From contig JAWLBL010000019.1 in the NCBI GenBank assembly GCA_041687695.1, forward strand, positions 64,001-128,000: a stretch of 64,000 bases of DNA, given 5' to 3'. Every line of letters starts with the position of its first letter. Position 1 is the stretch's first letter. Positions 21,270-31,709 of the stretch are shown piece after piece. The translations under genes and the position numbers were made by a program. Below the pieces are notes generated by a model, which had not been told where the DNA came from, ran no database searches, and saw only the letters and a list, made by a program, of their open reading frames with translations. The DNA comes from Myxococcota bacterium. Lineage in GTDB: Bacteria > Myxococcota_A > UBA9042 > PHBI01 > JAWLBL01.

Positions 21270-21794
21270 ACGAAAGGCCAGCAGCGCGCAGCGGGTCCGG
21301 CCCCTGCCAAGCATCGCGTCAATCGGGAGATTCGCATCCCGACGATCCGTGTCATCGGTGCCGATGGCGAGCAGCTCGGGATCATGAACCCCGACGACGC
21401 TCGGCGGATCGCCATGGAGCAGGGCCTCGATCTGGTCGAGGTCGCGCCCGACGCCAGACCGCCCGTCTGCAAGATCATGGACTACGGGAAGTTCCGCTAC
21501 GAGCAGTCGAAGCGGTCCAAGCCCCAGAAGACCGCCAAGACGAAGACCATCAAGCTTCGTCCCAAGACGGACGACCACGATCTCGAGACGAAGTTCAACA
21601 TGGCGCGCAAGTTCCTCGCGGACGGCGACCGGGTGAAGTTCGTCATGCGCCTTCGCGGTCGCGAGAACGCCTACATCGAACGGTGGTGCGAGGCCCTCGA
21701 GAAGGATCTCGCCGCGCTGAACGACGCAGGGCTGCTCTCGCAGAGGCCGCACCAGGAGGGCCGCGCCATCGTGGCGCAGTACGATCCGAAGTAG
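21270..21794 (+). CDS. infC: Translation initiation factor IF-3, with probable non-canonical ACG start
   Basis: HRVNREIR...VIGADGEQLG, GLDLVEVAP, PPVCKIMDYGKFRYE, GDRVKFVMRLRGRE. Conserved N-terminal residues lie upstream of the first ATG (21384); AGGAGGT sits 5 nt before an in-frame ACG. Confidence 0.9.
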   Translation, partial: TKGQQRAAGPAPAKHRVNREIRIPTIRVIGADGEQLGIMNPDDARRIAMEQGLDLVEVAPDARPPVCKIMDYGKFRYEQSKRSKPQKTAKTKTIKLRPKTDDHDLETKFNMARKFLADGDRVKFVMRLRGRENAYIERWCEALEKDLAALNDAGLLSQRPHQEGRAIVAQYDPK

Positions 21795-21988
21795 CGCCTT
21801 CGGTCGTGCGCCCCACGTGTTCGCGCGCCGCGCGGCCGCGCGCCTTGCCTGGGCGCGGCCAGTGCGAGGGGGCGAGTAGGGGAGAGCGAGGCCCGCGACC
21901 GAGTTCGGTGCGGGCCTTCGACCGACCTCGACCGGCCCTGGCGCGATCGCGTCGTGTTCCAGCGCGGGCCGTCAGTCCCCGCGCGTGA

Positions 21989-23338
21989 TCAGCCCGCCTC
22001 GGAGCGAGGACCACGTCCGCGTCGCGGCCCCCTCCGGCGCCGGCCACCGCGCGGCCGGCCTCCGCCATCCTCTCCGTCGGGGCCGCCTTCGTCGGGCGGG
22101 GGCGGGCTCGGGTCGTCGGTGACGCTCTGCTCGGTCCGTGGCTCGAAGGGCGCGGCCCACACGCCGTGCGCCAGGGCCGCGTCGGCCCAGCGCTCGTAGG
22201 TCTCGCGGTGCTCGCCGGTCCGGACGTAGCCCTGGCGCAACAGCGCCAACGCGAGCGGCAACGACGGGGACATCAGCATCGGACGGGTCGCGCGGAAGCG
22301 GCGCGGCGGGTGCAGCAGGCGGCGCATCAGGCCGGCGACCCCGCGCAGGCGCTGGCGCTGCCGCAGCGGGATCGCCATGCGCGCCGCGAGGGACGCGGTC
22401 AGCTCGGTGGCGATGTCGGCCCAGTCGCCCGTCTCGGGGTGCTCGAGCTGCGCGATCGCGTGCTGGACCAGGGGCCAGGTGAGCAGCGTGTAGACGCTCT
22501 CGCGGGGCAGCGTGCCGTGGGCCGCGGTCAGACGGTCCAGATCGCTCAGCCCGTCGAGCCATGGCGCCACCAGCTCGGGCGCGCGCGACAGGTGCGTCTG
22601 GATCTCGGGCAGGAGCGTCTCGAGGAGGCCGAGCTCCATCATGATCTCGAAGCCGCGTCGGGCGCAGCCGGACTCGGCGATGCGGAAGATCTCCTCGGTC
22701 ACTCGGGCGACCGGGCACTGGTGCACCAGCTCGACGAGGCTGCGCGAGGCGAGCGCGACGGGGGGATCGAGTTCGAAGCCGAGCCGGGCCGCGAACTTGA
22801 TGGCGCGCAGGATGCGGACCGGGTCCTCCCGGAAGCGCTGGTCCGCCGCTCCGATGGTGCGGATGCGCCGGCGATCGATGTCCGCGCGCCCGGCGACGTA
22901 GTCGATGATCTCGTCGCGCATGGGATCGTAGAAGAGCGCGTTGATCGTGAAGTCGCGGCTGTGCGCGTCCTCCTCGGGCGTGCCGAAGGTGTTGGCGCGC
23001 ACGACGAAGCCGGAGTCCCCCTCGGACTCCTGCTCCTCGGGCGCGCCGCGGAAGGTCGCCACCTCGAGGATCTTGGGCCCGCTGCGGACGTGCGCGAGGC
23101 GGAAGCGACGCCCGATGATGCGGCAGCGGCGGCCGAACAGCTCCTTGAGCTCGTCCGGGCTCGCGTCCGTGGCGATGTCGAAGTCCTTGGGCGTGCGGGC
23201 GAGCAGGAGATCCCTGACGCAGCCGCCCACGAGGTAGGTGGTGTAGCCCGAGCGTTGGAGGCGCTCCACGACCTCGATGGCGTCCCTGTCGAGGTGCTCG
23301 CGCGGAAACAGCATCTTGGCGGATCCTGGGTCGGTCAT
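21989..23338 (-). CDS. pcnB: Poly(A) polymerase
   Basis: [23 protein letters not shown]-specific [35 protein letters not shown]. Confidence 0.9.
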   Translation of the reverse strand: MTDPGSAKMLFPREHLDRDAIEVVERLQRSGYTTYLVGGCVRDLLLARTPKDFDIATDASPDELKELFGRRCRIIGRRFRLAHVRSGPKILEVATFRGAPEEQESEGDSGFVVRANTFGTPEEDAHSRDFTINALFYDPMRDEIIDYVAGRADIDRRRIRTIGAADQRFREDPVRILRAIKFAARLGFELDPPVALASRSLVELVHQCPVARVTEEIFRIAESGCARRGFEIMMELGLLETLLPEIQTHLSRAPELVAPWLDGLSDLDRLTAAHGTLPRESVYTLLTWPLVQHAIAQLEHPETGDWADIATELTASLAARMAIPLRQRQRLRGVAGLMRRLLHPPRRFRATRPMLMSPSLPLALALLRQGYVRTGEHRETYERWADAALAHGVWAAPFEPRTEQSVTDDPSPPPPDEGGPDGEDGGGRPRGGRRRRGPRRGRGPRSEAG

Positions 23339-23390
23339 TGGCGGCGGCGGAGCATAGCAGGCCGCGCGCCCGACGGGAACGGTCCCGATG

Positions 23391-23580
23391 GCCGTGGCGG
23401 AGACCGAGGCCGAGGGCCGTGGCGGTGGCGGAGGCCGGGGCCGTGTCCGAGGCCGAGGCCGTGGCGGTGGCGGAGGCCGTGGCCGTGTCGGAGGCCGTGG
23501 CGGTGACGGAGGCCGTGGCGGTGGCGGAGACCGTGGCCGGGTCGGAGGCCGAGGCCTTGGCGGAGGCCGAGGCCGGAGCG
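23391..23580. repeat. Degenerate 6/18-bp periodic intergenic repeat
   Basis: Tandem units of GCGGAGGCCGTGGCGGTG type (hexamers GCCGWG/GCGGWG) between pcnB and the TSP3 gene. Confidence 0.7.
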
Positions 23581-23700
23581 CGATCGGGTGAGCGGCAGGG
23601 CCAGAGCCGGCCGCGGTGGATTCCTCGGCCTCGCTTCCGCTATAAGGTGGCGGGTTCGCCGGCCTTGGGAAGGGACCGGTGTGTCCAGGAAGGGGGAATC

Positions 23701-26700
23701 ATGCGGACTCGCCAGCTACGCCACGCGCTCGGGACCTTGCTGCTCGTCGCCTGGCCCGCGTCAGGGCTCGTCACCGGCTGCGGGACGGACGCGAACGTCG
23801 GCGGGGACTCCGACGCGAAGGCCACGCTCGACGCGCAGGTCGATGGGGCCGACGGGGCGGGGGACGCCCGAGCGGACGGGACGGCGACAGACGGCCAGGG
23901 CGACGGCGAGGACGCGACGCCGGGCTTCGTGTGCGAGGCCGCGGGCGAGTTCGGCTGCGAGTGCGCCAGCGACGCCGACTGCATCGACGGGTACTGCCAG
24001 CCGATGGCGGGCGGCTATCGGTGCAGCAAGACCTGCCAGGAGACGTGCCCCAACGGGCTGACCTGCGCGCTCGTCACCAAGAGCGGCCAGTCCGTCTACC
24101 TGTGCGTCGACGTCGGGGCGTGGCTGTGCTCGCCGTGCGAGACGTCCGCCGAGTGCGTGGTCGAGGGCGCGCCGCAGGGGGCGAGCTGCGTCATGGGGCC
24201 GGGCGGCGGCTTCTGCGGCGTCGCGTGCGAGAGCGGCAAGTGCCCGAGCGGCTATCAGTGCGCGCAGCCGGCGGGGCTCGATCAGCCGCAGTGCGTGCCC
24301 GCGAACGGCGAGTGCGGCTGCTCGCCGCTGGCGGTGGCGGACGCGCGGCAGACGACCTGCTCGGTGAGCAACGAACACGGCAAGTGCGAGGCGACGCGCG
24401 TGTGCGGCCCCGACGGGCTCTCGGCGTGCGCGGCGGCGACGCCCGCGGCCGAGGTCTGCGACGGCGTCGACAACGACTGCGACGGGCAGGCGGACGAGGG
24501 GCTGACCGGCGCGCCCTGCCAACGCGACAACGACTACGGGTCGTGCAAGGGGACGGCCGTGTGCGACGGGTCGGCGCTCAGCTGCGGCGCCCCCGAGCCG
24601 GCGCCCGAGGTGTGCGACGGGATCGACAACGACTGCGACGGCGAGACGGACGAGGGCGAGCTCGACACGGACCTCGACGGGGCCGCCGACTGCGTGGACC
24701 CGGACGACGACAACGACGGCGTCCCGGACGTGGCGGACAACTGCCCGACCGTGAAGAACCTCGAGCAGACCGACACCGACCTGGACGGGCAGGGGGACGC
24801 CTGCGACCCCGACATCGACGGCGACGGCGTCCCGAACGAAGCGGACTGCGACCCGCTGAACAAGAAGGCCTACCCGGGCGCCGAGGAGGTCTGCGACGGG
24901 GTGGACAACGACTGCAACGGCAAGACCGACGAAGGGTTCCCGAACGCCGACGGCGACAAGCTGGCCGACTGCGTGGACCCCGATCAGGACAACGACGGGT
25001 GGCTGAACACGCAGGACAACTGTCCGCTGCACCCGAACGTGAGCCAGTCGGACAACGACGGGGACGGTCAGGGCGACGCGTGCGATCCGGACGACGACAA
25101 CGACGGCGTGCCCGACGCGTCGGACAACTGTCAGTTCGTGAAGAACGCAGGTCAGGCGGACAACGACAAGGACGGCAAGGGCGACGCCTGCGACCCCGAC
25201 GACGACAACGACGGGCTGCCGGACGAGTCGGACAACTGCCAGTTCGTGGCGAACCCGACCCAGTCGGACGTCAACGGCGACGGCGTGGGCGACGTGTGTG
25301 ATCCCGACGCCGACAGCGACGGCGTCCCGAACGCCGAGGACAACTGCCCGCTGGTGCCCAACCCCGACCAGGAGGATCTGAACGGGGACGGCAAGGGCGA
25401 CGCCTGCACCGACGACAAGGACGGCGACGGGATCAAGGACGCCGTGGACAACTGCCCCGACGTGAAGAACACCAGCCAGACGGACACCGATCAGGATGGG
25501 CTCGGCAACGCCTGCGACCCGGACGACGACGACGACGGGATCGCCGACATCTACGACAACTGCACGGTGGTCGTGAACCCCGACCAGACCGATCAGGACG
25601 GCGACGGGCTGGGCGACGCCTGCGACGACGACATGGACGGCGACGGCGTCCCGAACGGCCAGGACAACTGCCCCAACCTGCCGAACCCGACCCAGGGCAA
25701 CGTCGACGGCGACGGGCTGGGCGACGCCTGCGACCCCGACATGGACGGCGACTCCATCCCGAACGCGATGGACAACTGCCCCAAGGCGGCGAACGCCAAC
25801 CAGCTCGACAGCGACGGGGACGGCCTCGGCAACGCCTGCGACGCGGACGACGACAACGACGGCATCCCGGACGCGAGCGACAACTGCCCGCTGGTGGCCA
25901 ACCCCTTCCAGGAGGACGTCGACGGCAACGGGGTGGGCAACGCCTGCGACAACGACATGGACGGCGACGGGGTCATCAACGTGGGTGACAACTGCCCGCT
26001 CGTCTTCAACCCGGACCAGGCGAACACGGACGGCGACGCGTTCGGCGACGCCTGCGACGCGGACGACGACAACGACGGCGTGCCGGACGTCGCGGACAAC
26101 TGCCCGACCCTCAAGAACGCGACGCAGCAGGACACGGACGGCGACGGCGTCGGCGACGTGTGCGACCCGGACATCGACGGGGACGGGGTGCCCAACGCGC
26201 AGGACAACTGCCCGACGGTCGTGAACCCCAGCCAGAGCAACGCCGACAAGGACGCGCTCGGCGACGCGTGCGACGACGACGACGACAACGACGGGCTGCA
26301 GGACGGCGTGGACAACTGCCCGACGGTGGCCAACGTCGACCAGAAGGACACGGACCTCGACGGCCTCGGCGACGCCTGCGACGGCGACGACGACAACGAC
26401 GGCGTGCTCGACGTGGTCGACAACTGCCCGAAGACGTGGAACCCGGACCAGAAGGACTCGGACAAGGACGGGCTCGGCGACGCCTGCACCACCGACAAGG
26501 ACGCCGACGGCGTCCCCGACGAGAGCGACAACTGCCCGACGGTGAAGAACCCGGCGCAGCAGGACCAGGACGGCGACGGCATCGGCGACTTCTGCGATCC
26601 CGACACCGACGGCGACGGCGTCGACAACGAGGTCGACAACTGTCCGCTCATCCCGAACGTGACCCAGATCGACACCGATGGCGATGGCCTGGGGGACGTG

Positions 26701-29292
26701 TGCGACTCCGACGACGACAACGACGGCTACCCCGACGCGACGGACAACTGTCCGCTGGTGGCGCAGCCGATGGGGCAGATCGACACCGACAAGGACGGCA
26801 TCGGCGACGCCTGTGACCCGGACGACGACAACGACAGCGTGCCCGACGCGGCCGACAACTGCCCGCTGATCTACAACCCCGACCAGGGGGACCTCGACGG
26901 CGACGGGCTGGGCGACGTGTGCGACCCCGACGACGACGGCGACGGCATCGACGACCTGTTCGACATCTGCCCCAAGCACTACGATCCCGAGCAGCTGGAC
27001 CTGGACTTCGACGGCTTCGGCGACGCGTGCGACCTCGACGACGACGACGACGGCGTTCCGGACGCGGTCGACAACTGCCCGACCGTCCAGAACCCGTCCC
27101 AGCTGGACCTCGACGAGGACGGGCTGGGCGACGCCTGCGACGAGGACATCGACGGCGACGGCGTCCCGAACAACAAGGACAACTGCAAGAGCGCCTTCAA
27201 CCCGGACCAGGCCGACTTCGACCAGGACTACGTGGGTGACGCCTGCGACGTGGATGACGACGGCGATCTCATCATCGACATCTACGACAACTGCCCCTAC
27301 TTCCCGAACACCGATCAGGCGGACCTGGACGGTGACGGGCTGGGCGACGCCTGCGACGACGACATCGACAACGATGGCGTCCCGGACGCTACCGACAACT
27401 GCAAGACGACCTACAACCCCGACCAGGCCGACTCGGACAAGGACGGGCTGGGCGACGCCTGCGAGAACGACTCGGACAACGACGGCGTGGGCGACGCGGT
27501 CGACAACTGCCCGTTCGATCACAACTCGGACCAGACCGACAGCGACGCCGACGGCCAGGGCGACGCGTGCGACGACGACATGGACGGCGACGGCCTGCCC
27601 AACGAGGACGACAACTGCCCCAAGGTCAGCAACGACCAGCAGACCGATCTGGACGGCGACGGCAAGGGCGACGCCTGCGACGATGACATGGACGGCGACG
27701 GAATCCCCAACGTCGTCGACAACTGCGAGAGCGTCTACAACCCGCAGCAGGCGAACTTCGACGGCGACGTCTTCGGTGACGCCTGCGACTCGGACGCGGA
27801 CGGCGACGGCGTGAACGACACGGGCGACAACTGCCTGTGGCTCAAGAACTCCGACCAGCTGGACACCGACGGCGACGGGTTCGGCGACGCCTGCGACAAC
27901 GACGACGACGGCGACGGCGTCCTCGACACGCAGGACAACTGCCCCAAGGTCTTCAACCCGGACCAGAAGGACACCAACGGCAACGGGCAGGGTGACGCCT
28001 GCTCGAGCGACCGCGACGGCGACGGCGTGCCCAACGGGCTCGACAACTGCCCCGACTTCCCGAACCTGGACCAGCTCGACAACGACAACGACGGGCTCGG
28101 CGACGCGTGCGACCCCGACGACGACAACGACAACGTGCCCGACGCCATCGACAACTGCCCGCTGCTCGCCAACGCCAACCAGAAGGATCTGGACGGCGAC
28201 GGGTACGGTGACGCCTGCGACGAAGACGACGACGGAGACAACGTCCTCGACGGCAACGACAACTGCCCGACGACGTTCAACCCGACGCAGGCCGACTTCG
28301 ACGTGGACGGGCTGGGCGACGCCTGCGACCCCGACGACGACAACGACGGGGATCCGGACGCCTCGGACTGCGCGCCCAAGAACAAGGACGTGCACCACGG
28401 CGCCAAGGAGATCTGCGGCAACGGCGTCGACGACGACTGCGACGGGCAGCAGGACACCGTCGGGGCCCAGGGCTGCGTCAACCGCTACTACGACGGCGAC
28501 GGCGACAACTACGGCAAGCCGAACAGCCAGGTGTGCATCTGCAACCCGGTCTACCCGCACACCGCGACGGCCGGCAACGACTGCAACGACACCGACAGCG
28601 CCATCTTCCCGGGCGCCAACGAGGTCTGCAACGGCAAGGACGACGACTGCGACGGGCAGACCGACGAGGTCGGCGCGGCGCCGCTGCCCAACTGCGTGCA
28701 CTACTACGAGGACAAGGATGGCGACGGGTTCGGCAACATGGCCGTCTCGCAGTGCCTGTGCAAGCCGACCGGGTTCATGACGGCCAAGCAGGCCAACGAC
28801 TGCAACGACTCGAACGCGGCCATCAACCCCAACGCGGTCGAGACGTGCGACGGCAAGGACAACGACTGCGACGGCGTCACGGACGGGCCCGGCTCGTATG
28901 GGTGCACGACGCTGTACAAGGACCAGGACGGCGACGGCTACGGGCGTGACGAGACGGCGTGCGTGTGCGCAGCGGCGCATCCGTGGACGGCGACCAACAA
29001 GCTCGACTGCGACGACGCCAGCCAAGAGGTCTACCCGAACAACCCCAACTACTACTTCCAGCCGACCAACGGGTCGTGGGACTACAACTGCGACGGGGTC
29101 GTGACCAAGAAGGACGAGGCGATCGGCAAGTGCTCCGGGACCGTCGGCTGCAGCACCGAGAAGCTCGGCTGGAACGGGTCGGTGCCCGAGTGCGGCCAGA
29201 CCGGCACCTGGATCCTGGACTGCAAGTGGAAGATCTCCAGCCTCAGCTGCAAGATCGACGACGACGAGAGCCGCCAGCAGTCTTGCCGCTGA
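23701..29292 (+). CDS. Large cysteine-rich lipoprotein with thrombospondin type-3 repeats and MopE-like metal-binding motifs
   Basis: ATG 23701 follows a purine-rich RBS; lipobox LVTG-C; about 32 units of roughly 36 aa (DNCP..NP.Q.D.DGDG.GDACD); several [14 protein letters not shown] motifs. Confidence 0.88.
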   Translation: MRTRQLRHALGTLLLVAWPASGLVTGCGTDANVGGDSDAKATLDAQVDGADGAGDARADGTATDGQGDGEDATPGFVCEAAGEFGCECASDADCIDGYCQPMAGGYRCSKTCQETCPNGLTCALVTKSGQSVYLCVDVGAWLCSPCETSAECVVEGAPQGASCVMGPGGGFCGVACESGKCPSGYQCAQPAGLDQPQCVPANGECGCSPLAVADARQTTCSVSNEHGKCEATRVCGPDGLSACAAATPAAEVCDGVDNDCDGQADEGLTGAPCQRDNDYGSCKGTAVCDGSALSCGAPEPAPEVCDGIDNDCDGETDEGELDTDLDGAADCVDPDDDNDGVPDVADNCPTVKNLEQTDTDLDGQGDACDPDIDGDGVPNEADCDPLNKKAYPGAEEVCDGVDNDCNGKTDEGFPNADGDKLADCVDPDQDNDGWLNTQDNCPLHPNVSQSDNDGDGQGDACDPDDDNDGVPDASDNCQFVKNAGQADNDKDGKGDACDPDDDNDGLPDESDNCQFVANPTQSDVNGDGVGDVCDPDADSDGVPNAEDNCPLVPNPDQEDLNGDGKGDACTDDKDGDGIKDAVDNCPDVKNTSQTDTDQDGLGNACDPDDDDDGIADIYDNCTVVVNPDQTDQDGDGLGDACDDDMDGDGVPNGQDNCPNLPNPTQGNVDGDGLGDACDPDMDGDSIPNAMDNCPKAANANQLDSDGDGLGNACDADDDNDGIPDASDNCPLVANPFQEDVDGNGVGNACDNDMDGDGVINVGDNCPLVFNPDQANTDGDAFGDACDADDDNDGVPDVADNCPTLKNATQQDTDGDGVGDVCDPDIDGDGVPNAQDNCPTVVNPSQSNADKDALGDACDDDDDNDGLQDGVDNCPTVANVDQKDTDLDGLGDACDGDDDNDGVLDVVDNCPKTWNPDQKDSDKDGLGDACTTDKDADGVPDESDNCPTVKNPAQQDQDGDGIGDFCDPDTDGDGVDNEVDNCPLIPNVTQIDTDGDGLGDVCDSDDDNDGYPDATDNCPLVAQPMGQIDTDKDGIGDACDPDDDNDSVPDAADNCPLIYNPDQGDLDGDGLGDVCDPDDDGDGIDDLFDICPKHYDPEQLDLDFDGFGDACDLDDDDDGVPDAVDNCPTVQNPSQLDLDEDGLGDACDEDIDGDGVPNNKDNCKSAFNPDQADFDQDYVGDACDVDDDGDLIIDIYDNCPYFPNTDQADLDGDGLGDACDDDIDNDGVPDATDNCKTTYNPDQADSDKDGLGDACENDSDNDGVGDAVDNCPFDHNSDQTDSDADGQGDACDDDMDGDGLPNEDDNCPKVSNDQQTDLDGDGKGDACDDDMDGDGIPNVVDNCESVYNPQQANFDGDVFGDACDSDADGDGVNDTGDNCLWLKNSDQLDTDGDGFGDACDNDDDGDGVLDTQDNCPKVFNPDQKDTNGNGQGDACSSDRDGDGVPNGLDNCPDFPNLDQLDNDNDGLGDACDPDDDNDNVPDAIDNCPLLANANQKDLDGDGYGDACDEDDDGDNVLDGNDNCPTTFNPTQADFDVDGLGDACDPDDDNDGDPDASDCAPKNKDVHHGAKEICGNGVDDDCDGQQDTVGAQGCVNRYYDGDGDNYGKPNSQVCICNPVYPHTATAGNDCNDTDSAIFPGANEVCNGKDDDCDGQTDEVGAAPLPNCVHYYEDKDGDGFGNMAVSQCLCKPTGFMTAKQANDCNDSNAAINPNAVETCDGKDNDCDGVTDGPGSYGCTTLYKDQDGDGYGRDETACVCAAAHPWTATNKLDCDDASQEVYPNNPNYYFQPTNGSWDYNCDGVVTKKDEAIGKCSGTVGCSTEKLGWNGSVPECGQTGTWILDCKWKISSLSCKIDDDESRQQSCR

Positions 29293-29388
29293 GATGGGCG
29301 GCGGTCGGGGCCCGCGCGAGGACGGGGGCCCCGACCCCGCGCGCCCTGATCTCGCTTCGAAGGCCCACGTCGGCGTGAGACGCAAGAA

Positions 29389-29433
29389 AGCCCGCGGTTC
29401 GCGGACGGCCTGGCCGCCGCGAACGCGCGGGCT
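29389..29433. terminator. Terminator-like hairpin between convergent genes
   Basis: AGCCCGCG-GTTCGCGG...CCGCGAAC-G-CGCGGGCT stem, followed by a T-rich run on the minus strand. Confidence 0.55.
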
Positions 29434-29473
29434 GGATGCGGGGCGCTTGGGCGGGCCGCGGGGCCCGCGCCGC

Positions 29474-29722
29474 TCAGCGCTTGCGCTCGATGGTCCCGGC
29501 GAGGACGAAGTTCGCCAGCTCGCTGGCCAGCGTCTCCGACGTGAAGTCCTCGTCCGTCGCGGTCACGTGGACCGTCCAGGCCTCGTCGCCCTTGTCGACC
29601 GTCAGCTCGGCGAGCGACGCATAGGCCTCGAGGGCGTCCTGGATGGCCGCGATCGCGTACACGCGCTTGTCGAAGGTGCGGGTGGCGGGCGTCGCCGCCG
29701 GGGCCGCCTCAGCCGCGCTCAC
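29474..29722 (-). CDS. HxsD-like small protein
   Basis: FDKRVYAIAAIQDALEAY...LASELANFVL resembles the HxsD pattern; 4-bp overlap with the upstream gene. Confidence 0.55.
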   Translation of the reverse strand: MSAAEAAPAATPATRTFDKRVYAIAAIQDALEAYASLAELTVDKGDEAWTVHVTATDEDFTSETLASELANFVLAGTIERKR

Positions 29723-30240
29723 GCCTCACCCCCGCCGACCGGGCTGTGCCCGCCGCTGTCGCCGGGGCCGGCGACGCGCTCGGTGTCGGGGCCGGCCGCC
29801 ACGGGGGCGCTGCCGCTCTTCTTGAAGCGCTCCTCCCACGGGACGGCGATGCCGAGCGGATCGTCGAGGAAGTCGAGATCGTCGTCGTCCTCGTCGTCGA
29901 CGAAGGCCGCGGGCAGGGCGGCGCCGGTGGCGCCTGCCAGCGCCTGGGAGACGATGCTCTCGAGGATCGCCTGGTTGTCGGCGGTGATCCGTCGACGCAG
30001 GGCCTGGCTGAGCAGCTCGTTGCCGAACTCGCCCGCGAGCGCGCGCAGCGCGGCCTCGTCGGCCGGGGCCTTGGTCGCGATCTCGACCGTGATGTCATCG
30101 TCCGAGCGGCCCAGCAGGACGTAGGCCCGGTCGATGAACACGTAGGCGGCGCCATAGACCGCCTCGAGAGGGTAGAGGGTCTTGTCCAGGCTCAGGACGA
30201 GCTTTCCATCGGTCGCAGTCAGGATTTCGGGCGCGCTCAA
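29719..30240 (-). CDS. His-Xaa-Ser system protein HxsD-like
   Basis: TTG start after GGAGG; LDKTLYPLEAVYGAAYVFIDRAYV, GEFGNELLSQALRRRI, acidic tail DDPLGIAVPWEE. Confidence 0.7.
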   Translation of the reverse strand: MSAPEILTATDGKLVLSLDKTLYPLEAVYGAAYVFIDRAYVLLGRSDDDITVEIATKAPADEAALRALAGEFGNELLSQALRRRITADNQAILESIVSQALAGATGAALPAAFVDDEDDDDLDFLDDPLGIAVPWEERFKKSGSAPVAAGPDTERVAGPGDSGGHSPVGGGEA

Positions 30241-30353
30241 CGTGTCACCTCCAGAGCACCACGGCGGGCAACCTAACACCCCGCGGGCTTCGTGTCAGCA
30301 GGGGGGCGACCCGCCGGTTGCGACGACTGGACCGATGGGGCCATGCTCGCGGC

Positions 30354-30857
30354 ATGGACGCCGAGACACTCGAACGGCTGCGCCGCAACAGCGGCCTGCG
30401 CCTCGACCGCGAGGGCACCTTCCATTTCCAGGACGCGCCGGTGCCGAACCCGCGTGTGCAACGCCTGTTCCACGAGGGCCTGGCCGTCCGCGACGACGGC
30501 GAGGTCGTGCTGCACGTCGGGGAGATGTGGGCCTACGTGGGCTGCGACGGCGTGGCGCGCTTCGTAGACGGCGTACGGTTTTTTCGGGATCGCCTCGCGC
30601 TGCGCCTGCGCGATGGACGCGAAGTGGAGGCCGACGCGCGTCACCTGGCGATCGGACCGGACGAGCGCTTCTACGTCTGGGCGACCGTGGACGGGCCGCC
30701 GGCGGTCCTGTCGCGTCCGGCGCACCAACAGGTCGCTGGACGGCTGACGGCCGACGACGACGGGCGGCTGCTCCTGGAGCTCGCGTCGGGGCTGGTCGCG
30801 ATCCGCGCGCTGGCGGCGGCCCCGGGGCCGTCGACGGCGTGGTCCGAGGGGCCGTGA
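30354..30857 (+). CDS. Hypothetical protein (DUF1285-like)
   Basis: LRLDREGTFHFQDAPVPNPRVQRLF N-terminus; GC3-biased codon usage. Confidence 0.5.
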   Translation: MDAETLERLRRNSGLRLDREGTFHFQDAPVPNPRVQRLFHEGLAVRDDGEVVLHVGEMWAYVGCDGVARFVDGVRFFRDRLALRLRDGREVEADARHLAIGPDERFYVWATVDGPPAVLSRPAHQQVAGRLTADDDGRLLLELASGLVAIRALAAAPGPSTAWSEGP

Positions 30858-30870
30858 GCCGACCGGCCGC

Positions 30871-31566
30871 TCAGGGGGCGGCGATCGGCGGCTGCTCGTC
30901 GTCCACGGGGAGCGGCGGCGGCGCCTGCCGCGCGGCGTAGCGCTCCTTGAGACCCGAGAGGCGGGCGCGCGCCTCGAGCAGGGTCTCGTTCTGGGTCGAG
31001 GCGTCCCGAAGGAGGCGAATCGACAGCTCGTAGGCCTCCTCGGCGCGCAGCTTGAGCAGCTCGCGCAGGTCGACGGCGCGCGAGTGGTACAGGGACTCGG
31101 CCTGCTCGCGCATGACGAAGGTCTGGCCGCTGGCGCCGCCCATCTGATCGAGGAAGACCGCCATGCCCTCGTAGAGCCGGCCCAGGGTCAAGGCCGTCCG
31201 GGGGCGATCCGGGGCCGCCCGCAGGCGCAGCATCAGCTGCGCGAGATCGCTGAGCTGCTTGATGCGCGCCACCTCGCGGTTGAGGCGGGCCCGCGGCATC
31301 GCCCGATCGGCGACCGGCACGAGCCCCTCCCAGTCTTTGTCCACCCGCGCGACCGCCGCGGCCTGGACCAGCGCGCAGCCGGGCTCGGCGTCCATCACGC
31401 GCTCGAGGCGACGTCGGGCCTCGAGCGGGTCGAGCCGGCGGGTCGTCTCGAACCACTTGGCCGTGGCGCGGCACAGGCGCGAGGGACCGTCGGCGCGCGC
31501 CGACGGGGGCGACGCCAGGCCCGCGACCACGAGCGCCAGAGCCGACAACAGGGTTCCGCGGTTCAT
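30871..31566 (-). CDS. Hypothetical secreted helical protein
   Basis: Signal peptide ending SARA-D; helical TPR-like content. Confidence 0.55.
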   Translation of the reverse strand: MNRGTLLSALALVVAGLASPPSARADGPSRLCRATAKWFETTRRLDPLEARRRLERVMDAEPGCALVQAAAVARVDKDWEGLVPVADRAMPRARLNREVARIKQLSDLAQLMLRLRAAPDRPRTALTLGRLYEGMAVFLDQMGGASGQTFVMREQAESLYHSRAVDLRELLKLRAEEAYELSIRLLRDASTQNETLLEARARLSGLKERYAARQAPPPLPVDDEQPPIAAP

Positions 31567-31709
31567 AGGCATCCTCACGAGATCGTCCGCCCAGGATAGC
31601 GGCCGCCGAGGCGGCCGTCGAGGCCACCTTCCCCCGGTTTGGACCGCTGTCCCGACGCCTGAAGGGGCCGCGTTGACAGGGCGCCGCCACCTTCACTACG
31701 GTCACGCCG

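Noticed and set aside
21263..21988. GTG-initiated 241-aa ORF overlapping infC
   Set aside because: Its GTG overlaps the Shine-Dalgarno sequence, it is out of frame with IF3, and the product is low-complexity.
23338..23700. N-terminal extension of the TSP3 protein as given by the ORF track
   Set aside because: The signal peptide, lipobox and RBS fit ATG 23701; the extension is just the translated repeat tract.
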